A stretch of DNA of 56,042 bases from a virus (taxonomy: Duplodnaviria > Caudoviricetes). Under the pieces are notes generated by a model. That model had not been told where the DNA came from. It saw only the letters and a program-made list of their open reading frames with translations, and did not search any database. Of this stretch, positions 38,943 through 48,653 are shown piece after piece. The stretch spans positions 1 through 56,042 of the IMG/VR virus record IMGVR_UViG_3300021961_000122; one strand, 5' to 3'. A program made the translations under genes and the position numbers. The number at the start of each line of letters is the position of its first letter. The stretch's first letter is position 1.

Positions 38943-39686
38943 TTATTTATTGGTAGCGCAGTTGACGCCGTGCCAACGGGCGTAGCCATTGACTGCTACC
39001 AGTTTGTTGCAGTGGGGGCACAGTTTCTTTTCACGCTTTTTACCTGTAGTTGCTTCTATTTTTTTTCTAATAGTTTCTTCACTTTGCTTGCGGCCTGTAG
39101 CTTTGGCGGACATTTTAGCAAGTGTTTCTTCTGAATGAGTTCTGCCATACATACCATTTCCTTCACCTTTGCGTAATACAGATAGTTTTGCTTTATGTTC
39201 TTTAGACAATGGTGGTTTCTTTTTGCCTTTGGTATTCGCTACTAACTTAGCGTGTTGTTCAGGTGTTAGTTTATTACCTAGATTCTTTTGTCGTATTTTT
39301 TCTCTTGCTTCAGGTGTATGTGTTTTTCCAAAAAAACCATTTCCTTTGCCTTTTAGTTTTATGCTTTGTAATTCAGCATACTCTTCTTTAAGAGTAGCAT
39401 ACACTCTTGATGTAATTTTAGTTTTATATCGCGTTTGATTTTGATTTTCAGCTTTCATCATCCATAATGCTTTGAGTAACTGATGGCGTTCTTTACCGTA
39501 ATAGATCTTGGTTAGTAACCAGTGACATATAAAATGTTCTCGCAATGTTACATTAGTTAAATTGCTTGCGTCATCAGTACCGCCCAGACATTTAGGAATA
39601 ATATGATGAGATTCTGTTCGCTCATCAGTACTTCGAATTTGTCCGCGAGTGGTAATATCTTTATACCATTTTTCATACTTGTTCAT
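38943..39686 (-). CDS. Free-standing HNH homing endonuclease with NUMOD3 repeats
   Basis: Start MNKYEKWY at 39686. E.HHIIPKCLGG.D...NL..LT.REHF..H.LL; repeated G..H[TS].E...K[IM]; C-terminal CPHC. Confidence 0.85.
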   Translation of the reverse strand: MNKYEKWYKDITTRGQIRSTDERTESHHIIPKCLGGTDDASNLTNVTLREHFICHWLLTKIYYGKERHQLLKALWMMKAENQNQTRYKTKITSRVYATLKEEYAELQSIKLKGKGNGFFGKTHTPEAREKIRQKNLGNKLTPEQHAKLVANTKGKKKPPLSKEHKAKLSVLRKGEGNGMYGRTHSEETLAKMSAKATGRKQSEETIRKKIEATTGKKREKKLCPHCNKLVAVNGYARWHGVNCATNK

Positions 39687-39691
39687 ATGTT

Positions 39692-39740
39692 TATTTATGT
39701 TAGTTAGTTCAACAATAGCATATTTAGATACAATAGTCAA
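39692..39740 (-). promoter_or_regulatory. Sigma70-like promoter plus late promoter for the HNH gene
   Basis: TTGACT-17 nt-TATTGT (39712-39740) and TAAATA (39692-39697), the latter 5 nt before the ATG. Confidence 0.5.
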
Positions 39741-39741
39741 C

Positions 39742-39768
39742 AAAAAAGGCACTCGAAAGTGCCTTTTT
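39742..39768 (-). terminator. Intrinsic terminator after the major capsid gene (TTCG loop, possibly bidirectional)
   Basis: Minus strand reads AAAAAGGCACT-TTCG-AGTGCCTTTTTT. Confidence 0.85.
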
Positions 39769-39801
39769 GTTCCTTCCCATCCCTGAGAAAAGAAAAACGG
39801 A

Positions 39802-41010
39802 TCAGCTGAACGAGAGGTTCTGGACAGCGATTTCTCCGACATAGTCAGCAGCATTACCAAAACTGCTGGCCGTGTTGGTGAGCTCGACGAAGCCATAACG
39901 CGTCATAAAGCTGACGACTGGTTCGAATGTCGAAGGATCAAGAACAACACCACTGCTCATCAATGGAATGTAGGGGCAGTAGAATGCAGCAGCATCAGCT
40001 TCGGAGGAGCCTTTGTAGCCAACCAATACTGGCGAGCTGTCATTGGCGTAGCTGTTTACAAACACACGCATAGCGCCATTTAGTGTACCAACAAACTTGG
40101 TGTTTGTGGGTGCTTCAAATGTGCCTTCTGTTGTGCGAGCAAAAGCGGAAGTTGTAGCAGATTGCAGAACTGTCAACGAAGCTGGAGAAACAACAGCCCA
40201 GTTACCAGCGCCACGACGTGTACGCTGAGCGATCAAGTTAGCAACACGATTGATTAGAACAGCTAGAGCAGCGTGTTCGTCACCAACGAATGTAGCAGTA
40301 CCGGATACAGTAGCTTGGTTGTATGTGTACTCTGTAGCAGCCAACGAGCTCAAGCTCAACAAGATCTCTTGGTCAATCTCAGCTGTAATCTCTTGTGCGA
40401 GAGCAGCCATGATTTCAGCTTCAACGTCAATGCCATGCATGGCTTGTGCGTCTTGAGCCGATTCAAATGTCCAACGAGCTTGTAGCTTACGTGTTTTGGC
40501 TTCAACAGCTTGTTTCAGAATCTGAACACTAACTGTCTTACCGCCGTTACCTTCCATGGATGCTGTAGAAGCACCTTGATAGTTGGAAGTTGTTGTAGCG
40601 CCATTGTTAGCAGCAGCAGGACTCGAAGAGTATGCTGTAGCAATTGTGAATGGGCTCAATGCTTCTTGACCAGCAGCAACCGATGTAGCAGCAGCCGAGT
40701 TGTCAGTTAAAGCACTAGCGTAACGTACACGTAGAGTGTGAATTTGACCAACGGGACCTGTCATGGGCTGTACGCCTACCAACTCGTTAGCAATAACGGT
40801 GGGCATAACACGTCGAATCACTGGCAGAATCACACGGTTTAGTGTGGCAATGTTGCCGGATGCTGTAGAACCAGCACTGGCGTTTTCTTTCAAGTACTTG
40901 CGTGTATTCTCAAGAATAACGTTCATACTGTTGCGCTTGGAACCACTTAGACCTTCAAGTAGTGCTTCCTTGGTCTCGTCCCAGCGACCTTCTAATAATT
41001 GTTGTGACAT
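39802..41010 (-). CDS. gp23: Major capsid protein
   Basis: IRRVMP..IA..LVGVQPMTGP.GQI, AKTRKL.A.WT.E.AQD....HG.D.E.E, GYKG..E.DA..FY.PY.PL, F.P...FMTRYG. Confidence 0.97.
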   Translation of the reverse strand: MSQQLLEGRWDETKEALLEGLSGSKRNSMNVILENTRKYLKENASAGSTASGNIATLNRVILPVIRRVMPTVIANELVGVQPMTGPVGQIHTLRVRYASALTDNSAAATSVAAGQEALSPFTIATAYSSSPAAANNGATTTSNYQGASTASMEGNGGKTVSVQILKQAVEAKTRKLQARWTFESAQDAQAMHGIDVEAEIMAALAQEITAEIDQEILLSLSSLAATEYTYNQATVSGTATFVGDEHAALAVLINRVANLIAQRTRRGAGNWAVVSPASLTVLQSATTSAFARTTEGTFEAPTNTKFVGTLNGAMRVFVNSYANDSSPVLVGYKGSSEADAAAFYCPYIPLMSSGVVLDPSTFEPVVSFMTRYGFVELTNTASSFGNAADYVGEIAVQNLSFS

Positions 41011-41028
41011 TTAATGTCTCCTTTTAAA

Positions 41029-42129
41029 TTAATTTAACCCGGCCAGTCGCTTGATGTCGATTACATTGCTGGTTTCAGCAGTTTCTTCATCATAATGGCT
41101 ACGGGTAGATTTATCGCCAGTGACTTCGGACACGGATTCTGTAATCACTTTTTGGGCTTTTACAGAGCGGTCTGTTAGAACAGCTGGAAGATACTTTTCG
41201 AATGCGCCTTTCAGACGGGATGTCTGTACGCTTTCGAGTAAACTACTCATGACTTCGGCTTTTTCCTTGTTTAATGGTGCCAGCAAATCGTCCATAATGC
41301 GCTTGCGCTCATTGGATTCTTTGATCATGCGTATTTCACGCTCTTTTGACTCGTTAAGAACTTTTGCTTTCTTAACAAGGTCGATGGCTTCAGCCAACTT
41401 AGCATCTTTTTGTGCAATAGTGTCGTGTAATTTACGTACTTCGGCTTTCTCGTTGAGATGCGTAGCACCAAATTCTGCGGCATATGCTTCAAAAATACGA
41501 CGGCCAAAATTGTTCTCGCGAGCAACTTTGATGTCTTCATGCAATTGACTGAGTTCAGCTTTAAGATGTTGGCTTACAGCTTGACTCATTTTCTTGGCCG
41601 ATTCTGTTACGAAACGACTTTTCAATGATTCTAATTGGCCACGGGCTTCACGTACTAAACGAACCTTGGTCTCTACGACGTCACGTTTGTCAGCAGCGAA
41701 TTCTTGTATTTCGCGGGCCAATGCATGCACAATAAAGCCTTCGAGTTTTTCGAGACCTTCATTGTGCTGCTTCCGATCCTTGCGCAATTCACCAATTTCT
41801 TCGGCTAATTTAGAAACCATAAAGTTGTTAAACTTAGTGGCGCTTTCTTTCATTTTGCTTTGGAACTTGACGCGATCTTCGGCCAATGCTTGCTTTTCAG
41901 CAGCTACGGCTTGAATCTCTGCGGTAAGACCATCTGTTACCATACGATCTAGGGCTTCCACCATCACTGTCTTATCATGCTCATAGCGTTGTGCAAACTC
42001 TTCGCGTAGTTCTGCACGTACTTGTTCACGAGCTTCTGTCATCTTGGCTTCCCAAGCTTCAGAGATCTCCTGGCGAGTTTCCTCGGTGATCAAATCGCTA
42101 TCTAGTAACGGTTTAATAGCATCTAGCAT
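41029..42129 (-). CDS. gp22: Prohead core scaffolding protein
   Basis: Long coiled coil between the protease and MCP genes; IFEA[YF] motif. Confidence 0.8.
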   Translation of the reverse strand: MLDAIKPLLDSDLITEETRQEISEAWEAKMTEAREQVRAELREEFAQRYEHDKTVMVEALDRMVTDGLTAEIQAVAAEKQALAEDRVKFQSKMKESATKFNNFMVSKLAEEIGELRKDRKQHNEGLEKLEGFIVHALAREIQEFAADKRDVVETKVRLVREARGQLESLKSRFVTESAKKMSQAVSQHLKAELSQLHEDIKVARENNFGRRIFEAYAAEFGATHLNEKAEVRKLHDTIAQKDAKLAEAIDLVKKAKVLNESKEREIRMIKESNERKRIMDDLLAPLNKEKAEVMSSLLESVQTSRLKGAFEKYLPAVLTDRSVKAQKVITESVSEVTGDKSTRSHYDEETAETSNVIDIKRLAGLN

Positions 42130-42131
42130 GC

Positions 42132-42779
42132 TTATTCCTCCCTAATTTTAAGATCCTTGATCAGCTTTACTACTTCGCTTCTCAAGTATCTTTGTACCTT
42201 GTTGTCCGCACCGGCTTCCCTTGCTACTTCTAACAATCTATGTCCGTACTTCATATTCATGAGTCCTTCGTAAATTGCTGTGGGATAAGCATTTGGAGCA
42301 CTGGGTTGTGCAACTACATCTACAGTGACAATTTCAAAATCACTGACATGTCCTGTTCGGTCGTCGACATTTCCGGATCCACGACTTGAAACACCTAATT
42401 TAACACCGCTGTCCAACATGGTTTTAACCAGTTGTCCCATGGGTGTTGGTAATATTCTTAATTTTCCATAACCTATTGCGCCATCACACCACATTTTATC
42501 AATGTTGTGGCTAACACGATCTAAGTTAATTTTGAGATCATCGGGATGATCTACTTCGCCTAATACCGAGTTACCATTTTCAAGTTGTTCGTTGATAGTG
42601 GCTACCGCTTTTCGTATTTCATGGGCGGGATATATTCTTTCATTGGCATTACGCTTATCGCCTTCAATGCAAATTCCTTGCATATAAAGGGTCTTACCAG
42701 AACCATCGGCAGCTTCCTCCGACAGCACTTTTACTTGTGCCTGGTGGAAGCTGAGATGTTCTTGTAGATAACGAGCCAT
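42132..42779 (-). CDS. gp21: Prohead protease
   Basis: N.N.R.YP, LGE.DHP, I.L.RVSH, TPMG, GVSSRG.G, D.V..PSAP.A. Confidence 0.95.
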   Translation of the reverse strand: MARYLQEHLSFHQAQVKVLSEEAADGSGKTLYMQGICIEGDKRNANERIYPAHEIRKAVATINEQLENGNSVLGEVDHPDDLKINLDRVSHNIDKMWCDGAIGYGKLRILPTPMGQLVKTMLDSGVKLGVSSRGSGNVDDRTGHVSDFEIVTVDVVAQPSAPNAYPTAIYEGLMNMKYGHRLLEVAREAGADNKVQRYLRSEVVKLIKDLKIREE

Positions 42780-42785
42780 ATTCTA

Positions 42786-43565
42786 TTATACCGGAGATTT
42801 AGCATTTACACCAGCAGCTTGTGTTGTCACAGGCTTAGGTGCGGGACCTTGCTTGGGGCTAGTTGTCATACCCATGTCTTTTACAGACGGAGCAGGACGG
42901 CCTTGAGCTGTGTCACCAGTCATTTTAACGGGACTAGCTGCCATACCTTTGGCACCACTGTTAGCAGCAACAGTAGACTTGCTGTTTGTACCAGCAGGCT
43001 CAGACGTTACTGGCTTGGGAGCAGCTTTAAGGTCAACGTTTTCCATCATACCCATTTCAGGCATAATTTCTTCTGTGTCGTCAACTTCAACAGCATCACC
43101 ACCAGCGTCCATGTCAAACTCTTCTTCGTCACTGGCCATTTCGTCGCCGCCCATCATGGCTTCAAATTCAGCCATTAGTTCGTCTAACTTGTCTTCTAGG
43201 TCAACTACGCGGTCTTCGAGGTCTTCCTCTTCGTCTTCAGCGTCGTCCATGTCAGCGCCGAGTTCATCAGCAGCGTCCATTTCTTCGTCGCTTTCTTCGC
43301 CTTCGCTCATGCCTTCTTCTTCAGTTTCCACATCAGTAATAAGGTCATCAGCAGCGTCGCCGTCATTCATGCTTTCGTCGACTTTGTCTTCATCAGACAT
43401 GTCATCTTCTTCAGCAACAGCTTCTTCAGAAACTTCTTCTTCGGCCATTAGGTTTTCATAAATTTCGCGAGATTTCTCAACTACGATTTCATGAAATAGC
43501 TCTTTGGCCTTTTCGGGTTGATCGTTAATTACGTATTCAATTAACTGTTCAAATTGTGATGTCAT
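42786..43565 (-). CDS. Acidic prohead core protein (gp67-like)
   Basis: Very acidic; A...F..I..EK; lies between the portal and protease genes. Confidence 0.6.
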   Translation of the reverse strand: MTSQFEQLIEYVINDQPEKAKELFHEIVVEKSREIYENLMAEEEVSEEAVAEEDDMSDEDKVDESMNDGDAADDLITDVETEEEGMSEGEESDEEMDAADELGADMDDAEDEEEDLEDRVVDLEDKLDELMAEFEAMMGGDEMASDEEEFDMDAGGDAVEVDDTEEIMPEMGMMENVDLKAAPKPVTSEPAGTNSKSTVAANSGAKGMAASPVKMTGDTAQGRPAPSVKDMGMTTSPKQGPAPKPVTTQAAGVNAKSPV

Positions 43566-43663
43566 AATTTTTCCTCCAGAGGTTATGGCTCATGTTATTA
43601 CTTACACAAAAAGAATAAACTTAGCACATTTAAGCCCCAAAATTGGGCTTTTTGAGGCAAAAA

Positions 43664-43885
43664 TTAAAGATTTGCTGGTTGAGCAGGAGGAGCGTACTGT
43701 TTCCGAATATCTTTGAGCTTTTCTTTATACTCATAATTTCTAACATCTTGCATTTGACGTAGCTTGGAAAGCTGCTTGAGTGTCAAACGAGTTTTGCGGA
43801 GTTGTCCGCGTTGGGGCTGACTGTTGTCTTGAGCAACATCTTGATAACCTTCGGGTTGACGCTGGAACAGTTCAGTTAGGATCAT
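43664..43885 (-). CDS. Small protein downstream of the portal gene (gp67/gp68 position)
   Basis: 73 aa, RKTRLTL.QL.KLR; TAAATA lies 5 nt before the ATG. Confidence 0.6.
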   Translation of the reverse strand: MILTELFQRQPEGYQDVAQDNSQPQRGQLRKTRLTLKQLSKLRQMQDVRNYEYKEKLKDIRKQYAPPAQPANL

Positions 43886-43893
43886 ACGGTTAT

Positions 43894-45717
43894 TTATGCT
43901 GTCGGGGGCGGAGGAACGGCACCGGGTGCTACAGGTATGCTGCCCGGAGCGGATGTTGGCCCGATACCACCAATATCCGGAGAGCCTTCAGGTGGCAATG
44001 CAGACAACTCGTCCCCAGTTTCAATGTCGCTTTCCATGCCAGCAGGCGTAATACCGATACTTCGCAAGTCTTGTCCTTGTGTGGTTTCAAGGTTGGGCTG
44101 ATCGCGTTCTTCTTTCCACAACTTGGAGTTTTCAGTGATTTCTTCTTCACTCAGTCCCAAATAACGCTGCATTAGAAAACGCTTGCTCATATAGGGCAAC
44201 TGCTCTAGTTGCGCAAAAGTACCTACACGGCCGGTGTCCATTTCAGCTTGACGATAGCTGGCAAAGTTTTGCGGGGGACCCAGTGTAATGTCAAACAAGC
44301 TGTTGTCAATGTTAAAACCGCGCCATTTCATAAACATCTTAAACTCGTCGTCGAGTTTTTGTATAATCAGTCGCTGTAGACGTTCGCAGTACTGGTTGAA
44401 ACGATACTCCTGAATAAGGGCTGTGCCTACTTTTCCGTCGTTTAATGCACGGTCTGAGTCGTCGGGACCAGTGGGCAAATAGCTGGAAGGCACACGCAAA
44501 CCACGGGCCATTTTGTTGTTAAAATACTTCAAATCGTCAATTTCGCCCAGTCCAGTACCGCCGGGTAGTGTGTCTACAGAGCTGCCGCGACCGTCGGAAG
44601 TTTGGGGGAAGAAGTAGTCTTCGTTGATGCTTAGTGGGTTGTAAGCAGCGTCCATCATGTTAGCGCCACCGCCTGATACAGTGGGGATACGGCGTTGGTG
44701 CATTTCGTTCTTTACTCGCTCCACAAAAGCCATTGCCATGTGGCTGGGCATGTTGCCCACGTCAATCTTAAACACACGCCGCTCCGGTGCACGACTTACA
44801 CGATAAATCAACACTGAATCTTCTAGCAGTTCTTTCTGCTTGTAAACTTTGAAGATGTTTTCTAAAATACTTTGTCCAAAGGGCCAGAAAAAGTCTAAGC
44901 CTTCATTCAAGCTCAAATGCACCACGTGTTTAGCATCAATAGTGGTTTCATTCATAGCTTGTGTGAAGCGGCTGTTGCCTTGTGTGCCACCATAACCGCC
45001 GCCACCACCCCCATTGGGCGCTGTATAATTGTTTTGTCCCACAGAGCCAGTAGCACGGCTTACATAGTAATCAGCAGTGGTTTTGGGAGCAATGCTTAAA
45101 TTTTGAAAATTGGGGTTGATGTCACGGATAACATACTGCTCGGGACGCTTGCCTTCGCTTTCGTTTACAATTACACGGCTGACTTTGACCATGTCAACCC
45201 AGTACATTTCAAATGTTTCGGGGTCGCGCACAAACACTTGATCGCCATACTTGATAGTATTCCGAAACAGTTTGAACATCCGCTGATCAAGTTTGTTTAA
45301 TTTGGTCCACTGTTGCAGTTGTTTTTTGATAATTTCCACTTCGTGATCAGTGGGTTTATCTTTAAATTGTATGTCAAAGGGTGTGTTATTATCTTCGTTG
45401 TTTTGTGTGCTAAACTCAGCAATAATGTCTAAACATGCGTTAATTTCTGAATCCATGTCCATGTTTTCATATTGATTATAGCGTTCAATACGATTAGGAT
45501 GGCCCGAATACACTTCGGGTAGTCGACTGGCATAGTTGCGAAAGGCAAAATCATTAGCGGTAGACGTGCTGCCCGAGCCGTTTTGACGACCATAGCCCGG
45601 AAGGCCGTTGGCATTGTTTCCGGATATAGGGCTGAGTTGTCCATTTACGGAACCGTCGGCAACTTTGAAATATTTTCTCCAGCCTCGGCCGTTTCTACTG
45701 TTGGTTGGTTCAGCCAT
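43894..45717 (-). CDS. gp20: Portal protein
   Basis: LLED..LIYR..RAPERRVF.IDVGNMP, EDYFFP....GRG..V.TLPGG..LG.I.D..YF. Confidence 0.97.
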   Translation of the reverse strand: MAEPTNSRNGRGWRKYFKVADGSVNGQLSPISGNNANGLPGYGRQNGSGSTSTANDFAFRNYASRLPEVYSGHPNRIERYNQYENMDMDSEINACLDIIAEFSTQNNEDNNTPFDIQFKDKPTDHEVEIIKKQLQQWTKLNKLDQRMFKLFRNTIKYGDQVFVRDPETFEMYWVDMVKVSRVIVNESEGKRPEQYVIRDINPNFQNLSIAPKTTADYYVSRATGSVGQNNYTAPNGGGGGGYGGTQGNSRFTQAMNETTIDAKHVVHLSLNEGLDFFWPFGQSILENIFKVYKQKELLEDSVLIYRVSRAPERRVFKIDVGNMPSHMAMAFVERVKNEMHQRRIPTVSGGGANMMDAAYNPLSINEDYFFPQTSDGRGSSVDTLPGGTGLGEIDDLKYFNNKMARGLRVPSSYLPTGPDDSDRALNDGKVGTALIQEYRFNQYCERLQRLIIQKLDDEFKMFMKWRGFNIDNSLFDITLGPPQNFASYRQAEMDTGRVGTFAQLEQLPYMSKRFLMQRYLGLSEEEITENSKLWKEERDQPNLETTQGQDLRSIGITPAGMESDIETGDELSALPPEGSPDIGGIGPTSAPGSIPVAPGAVPPPPTA

Positions 45718-45740
45718 TAGATGTTTCCTTTAACATACAG

Positions 45741-45746
45741 TATTTA
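45741..45746 (-). promoter_or_regulatory. Late promoter (TAAATA) for the portal gene
   Basis: cggTAAATAc upstream of the AAGGA SD. Confidence 0.6.
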
Positions 45747-45751
45747 CCGCA

Positions 45752-47758
45752 TTACTGTGCGTACTGTAAAATCTTCTGGGACACATTCAGCTGATTTTGC
45801 ATCACACGCACAATGTCATCTAAGCGGGACAGTTGTGCTGACATCAAGCCCATTTGCTGTTCAGCGCCCACAAACTCCACTGGAATAGTACGACCATCGG
45901 GTAGTGGTACCACAGCTTCAGTGCCGTGTAGTGTGGTTTCGTATCCTTCTTCGGGACCAGAAGCAATGCCACCAAATTTATATCCTTCACTGGGTCTGCC
46001 TGCACTAGTTGGGCTAGAGTTAAGTAACTTATCTAAACGTTTTTGTGCTGATTGCAATTCAGTGCTTATATACAAACGGCGATCTGACTTTTCGTCACGT
46101 GGAATACGACTTAATTCTCGAGTTAAACCTGCAATATCATCTTGTGCAAGTGTAATTTGATCTTGTAAGGATGTTGGTGCTCTAGGTACTGCTGTTCCAA
46201 CTGCTCTAGGCGCTGCTGCTTTAGGCGCTGCTGTTCCAACTGCTCTAGGCGCTGCACCAACAAATTCAGATGGGGCAGTATACGCTCCTGTGCCACCGGA
46301 TAGTGCTGCTGCTCCACGCTCTTGAACTGTAACACCCATTGCTTGGGCAGCTTTTTTAAATCCTTCTATAACTGTATCGGTTCCGCTGGCCAACGCTTTC
46401 ATAGCATTGGTAACTGGTACAATACCAGCATTCAATAAGTCATTTAGTGTGTCACGTGAGCGACGCTGTGCATCGCGTAAATCAGTTTGTGATTTAGTTG
46501 ATTCGTCGGTTATATCTTGATTTCTTTCAGCCGCTTTCTCACGTTCATCATATGAGCCCAGTTCGCTCATACTTTTCAATTTTATCAAGTCTTGAATACG
46601 TATAAACGACTGATTGTTTGCTCCAATTTTACCTAGATCTTTTGAAAATCCATTGAGCGCAGCATTGGAGTCTTTAAATAGTGCTGCAAAAAATTCAGTT
46701 TCGGTAAAAAATTGTTTACCAGCAACCGCAGCGGCATTAGGTAATGTTAACAACAGTTTTGATGCTTCTGGTGTGTCCAATGTACCCGACAAAATATTCA
46801 AAAATCCCTTGCGAACTTCTGGTGCTTGTTTATCAAGCATCTGCTGAACGTTATTCAACGTTTTTAACTGAGCTTCGGCGGCTTTATCACCCATTGCAGC
46901 ACGTTGTTGCAATTCAGTTTGAAGAGCAGCAAAACGCTCTTCTTCCATTGCACTTTCACGAGCAGCTTCTTGCTCACGTCTAGTTTGACCCGTAAGTTTG
47001 GTTATTAAATCTACTTCTCTAATGTAAGCTGCTGTAGATTTTGTTAGTTCTTCAGTAGTCATTCGCTGACGGCCGCCCGTCAACTGTTGCATTTTTATAA
47101 AACTAGCAATACCTTCATTGATACCATCAACACCAATGCCCATTTCACGGAATTGGCGTCCGATATCACTGCGTTGTATTTGATTGGCTACATTAGCAAA
47201 TTCAGTAACACCACTGTTAACCGTTTTGCCAAACAGCGCAAATGTTTTTGCATTTTCATTAACAATAGTGTTAAACTTAGCTAATCCTTCGGCAGTTGCA
47301 GCGAGATTGAGATTCTTTAAATTAGCATAAACACCTTGAAGACCTTCGGCACCTGTAGCACCAGCACGAGACATTTGTTCGTAAGCATCGTACAAAGCAT
47401 CTGCTTGCTGATTTACTGCTTTAACATAGCCAACTACCGCTTGACCGGCAAGTCCAAATGCTTTACCAAGAGGACCTAATGTGCTACTTACAGTAGATAC
47501 AGTATCAGCTAATGCGTCAAGACTTTCATTAAATACCGAACTACCAACAACACCTTGGTTTAGCTGTTTGCCTAAATTAATAGCCGCGTTTCCAAGGCCT
47601 TTAAAATCTTTAGTTAAAGTTGCTGTAAAATCTCTTACGCCAACTTTGGCATCTACAAAGGCTTTGGTTGTTTCGGGCGTTGCTTGACCCAAGCGACGTA
47701 GCTCGTCGTAATACCGATTGGATATTTCTTCTTGTTCTTCGGGAGTATAATCAGCCAT
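45752..47758 (-). CDS. Tape-measure-like/baseplate hub protein (gp29-like)
   Basis: Long helical A/Q/L-rich protein with C-terminal GGI..GP..GY...LHG.EAVVPL. A full TATAAATA lies upstream at 47795-47802 on the minus strand. Confidence 0.65.
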   Translation of the reverse strand: MADYTPEEQEEISNRYYDELRRLGQATPETTKAFVDAKVGVRDFTATLTKDFKGLGNAAINLGKQLNQGVVGSSVFNESLDALADTVSTVSSTLGPLGKAFGLAGQAVVGYVKAVNQQADALYDAYEQMSRAGATGAEGLQGVYANLKNLNLAATAEGLAKFNTIVNENAKTFALFGKTVNSGVTEFANVANQIQRSDIGRQFREMGIGVDGINEGIASFIKMQQLTGGRQRMTTEELTKSTAAYIREVDLITKLTGQTRREQEAARESAMEEERFAALQTELQQRAAMGDKAAEAQLKTLNNVQQMLDKQAPEVRKGFLNILSGTLDTPEASKLLLTLPNAAAVAGKQFFTETEFFAALFKDSNAALNGFSKDLGKIGANNQSFIRIQDLIKLKSMSELGSYDEREKAAERNQDITDESTKSQTDLRDAQRRSRDTLNDLLNAGIVPVTNAMKALASGTDTVIEGFKKAAQAMGVTVQERGAAALSGGTGAYTAPSEFVGAAPRAVGTAAPKAAAPRAVGTAVPRAPTSLQDQITLAQDDIAGLTRELSRIPRDEKSDRRLYISTELQSAQKRLDKLLNSSPTSAGRPSEGYKFGGIASGPEEGYETTLHGTEAVVPLPDGRTIPVEFVGAEQQMGLMSAQLSRLDDIVRVMQNQLNVSQKILQYAQ
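46189..46255. repeat. 28-nt direct repeat (39-nt period) encoding AAPRAVGTA
   Basis: ctgctgttccaactgctctaggcgctgc at 46189-46216 and 46228-46255. Confidence 0.85.
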
Positions 47759-47814
47759 AATTTTATTTGCCCAGGTGATTTTTTGCCATAATTATATTTA
47801 TACAGGAAAATTTC

Positions 47815-48651
47815 ATGCCAAATAACCCTTTAGCACAATACTTTAGGCAGCCGTCAATTTATGTCAAGTTGCCTAGCGGCGGGAAATACTATCCCGAAAC
47901 AGCTATAGACATGCCGGCTAACGGCGAGCTGCCAGTTTATCCAATGACTGCCATTGACGAAATTACCTATCGAACGCCAGACGCACTATTCAACGGCAAT
48001 GCAACAGTTAATGTTATCAAAAGTTGTATTCCTGCTATACAGGATCCGTGGTCTATTCCAGCAATGGATGTAGACACAATACTAGTTGCTATACGCATTG
48101 CCAGTTATGGGCACAATATGGAAATTTCAACTACTTGTCCGCACTGTCAAAACGAAGCTGATTACGGACTTGACCTAAGAACAGTATTGGGACAGATGCG
48201 AGCACCTGATTACTCTAAATCAGTACACGACGGTGATCTTGAGATTTACTTTAAGCCCATGACTTATAAAAATCTTAATGACAATAATCAACGTCAATTT
48301 GATGAGCAAAAACTTATTCAAGTGCTGCCCGACACTGACATGCCTGATGAACAGCGTATGTCAGCACTAAGCGAAGCGCTGGTAAAAATTACCAATATAA
48401 CTGTAGGTGCTATTGCACAAAGTATCGCCGCAGTAAAAACACCTTCAGCAGTGGTTAGCGAGCCCGAGTATATTGAAGACATGTTAAAGCATTGTGATCG
48501 TCGACTGTTCAACAAGATACGTGATCACATTATCAACACCAAATCACAAGGTGAAATACAGCCAATGAAACTCAAGTGTGCTGCCTGCTCAAAAGAATAT
48601 CAGCAAGCAATTACACTTGACATGACAAGTTTTTTCGCGGACGCCTCTTAG
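47815..48651 (+). CDS. gp26: Baseplate hub assembly protein (gp26-like)
   Basis: LPS.G, MT..DE, D...IL..IR.ASYG, CPHC and C..C, ending ...FF. Confidence 0.75.
   Translation: MPNNPLAQYFRQPSIYVKLPSGGKYYPETAIDMPANGELPVYPMTAIDEITYRTPDALFNGNATVNVIKSCIPAIQDPWSIPAMDVDTILVAIRIASYGHNMEISTTCPHCQNEADYGLDLRTVLGQMRAPDYSKSVHDGDLEIYFKPMTYKNLNDNNQRQFDEQKLIQVLPDTDMPDEQRMSALSEALVKITNITVGAIAQSIAAVKTPSAVVSEPEYIEDMLKHCDRRLFNKIRDHIINTKSQGEIQPMKLKCAACSKEYQQAITLDMTSFFADAS
48630..48636 (+). other. Predicted -1 ribosomal frameshift site T TTT TTC
   Basis: In-frame slippery heptamer 5 codons before the stop. The -1 frame is open into 48654..48866. Confidence 0.6.
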
Positions 48652-48653
48652 TC

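Noticed and set aside
39687-39896. N-terminal extension of the HNH ORF overlapping the MCP, or an intron in gp23
   Set aside because: The MCP C-terminus is complete and is followed by a terminator. The HNH gene has its own promoters and an ATG at 39686.
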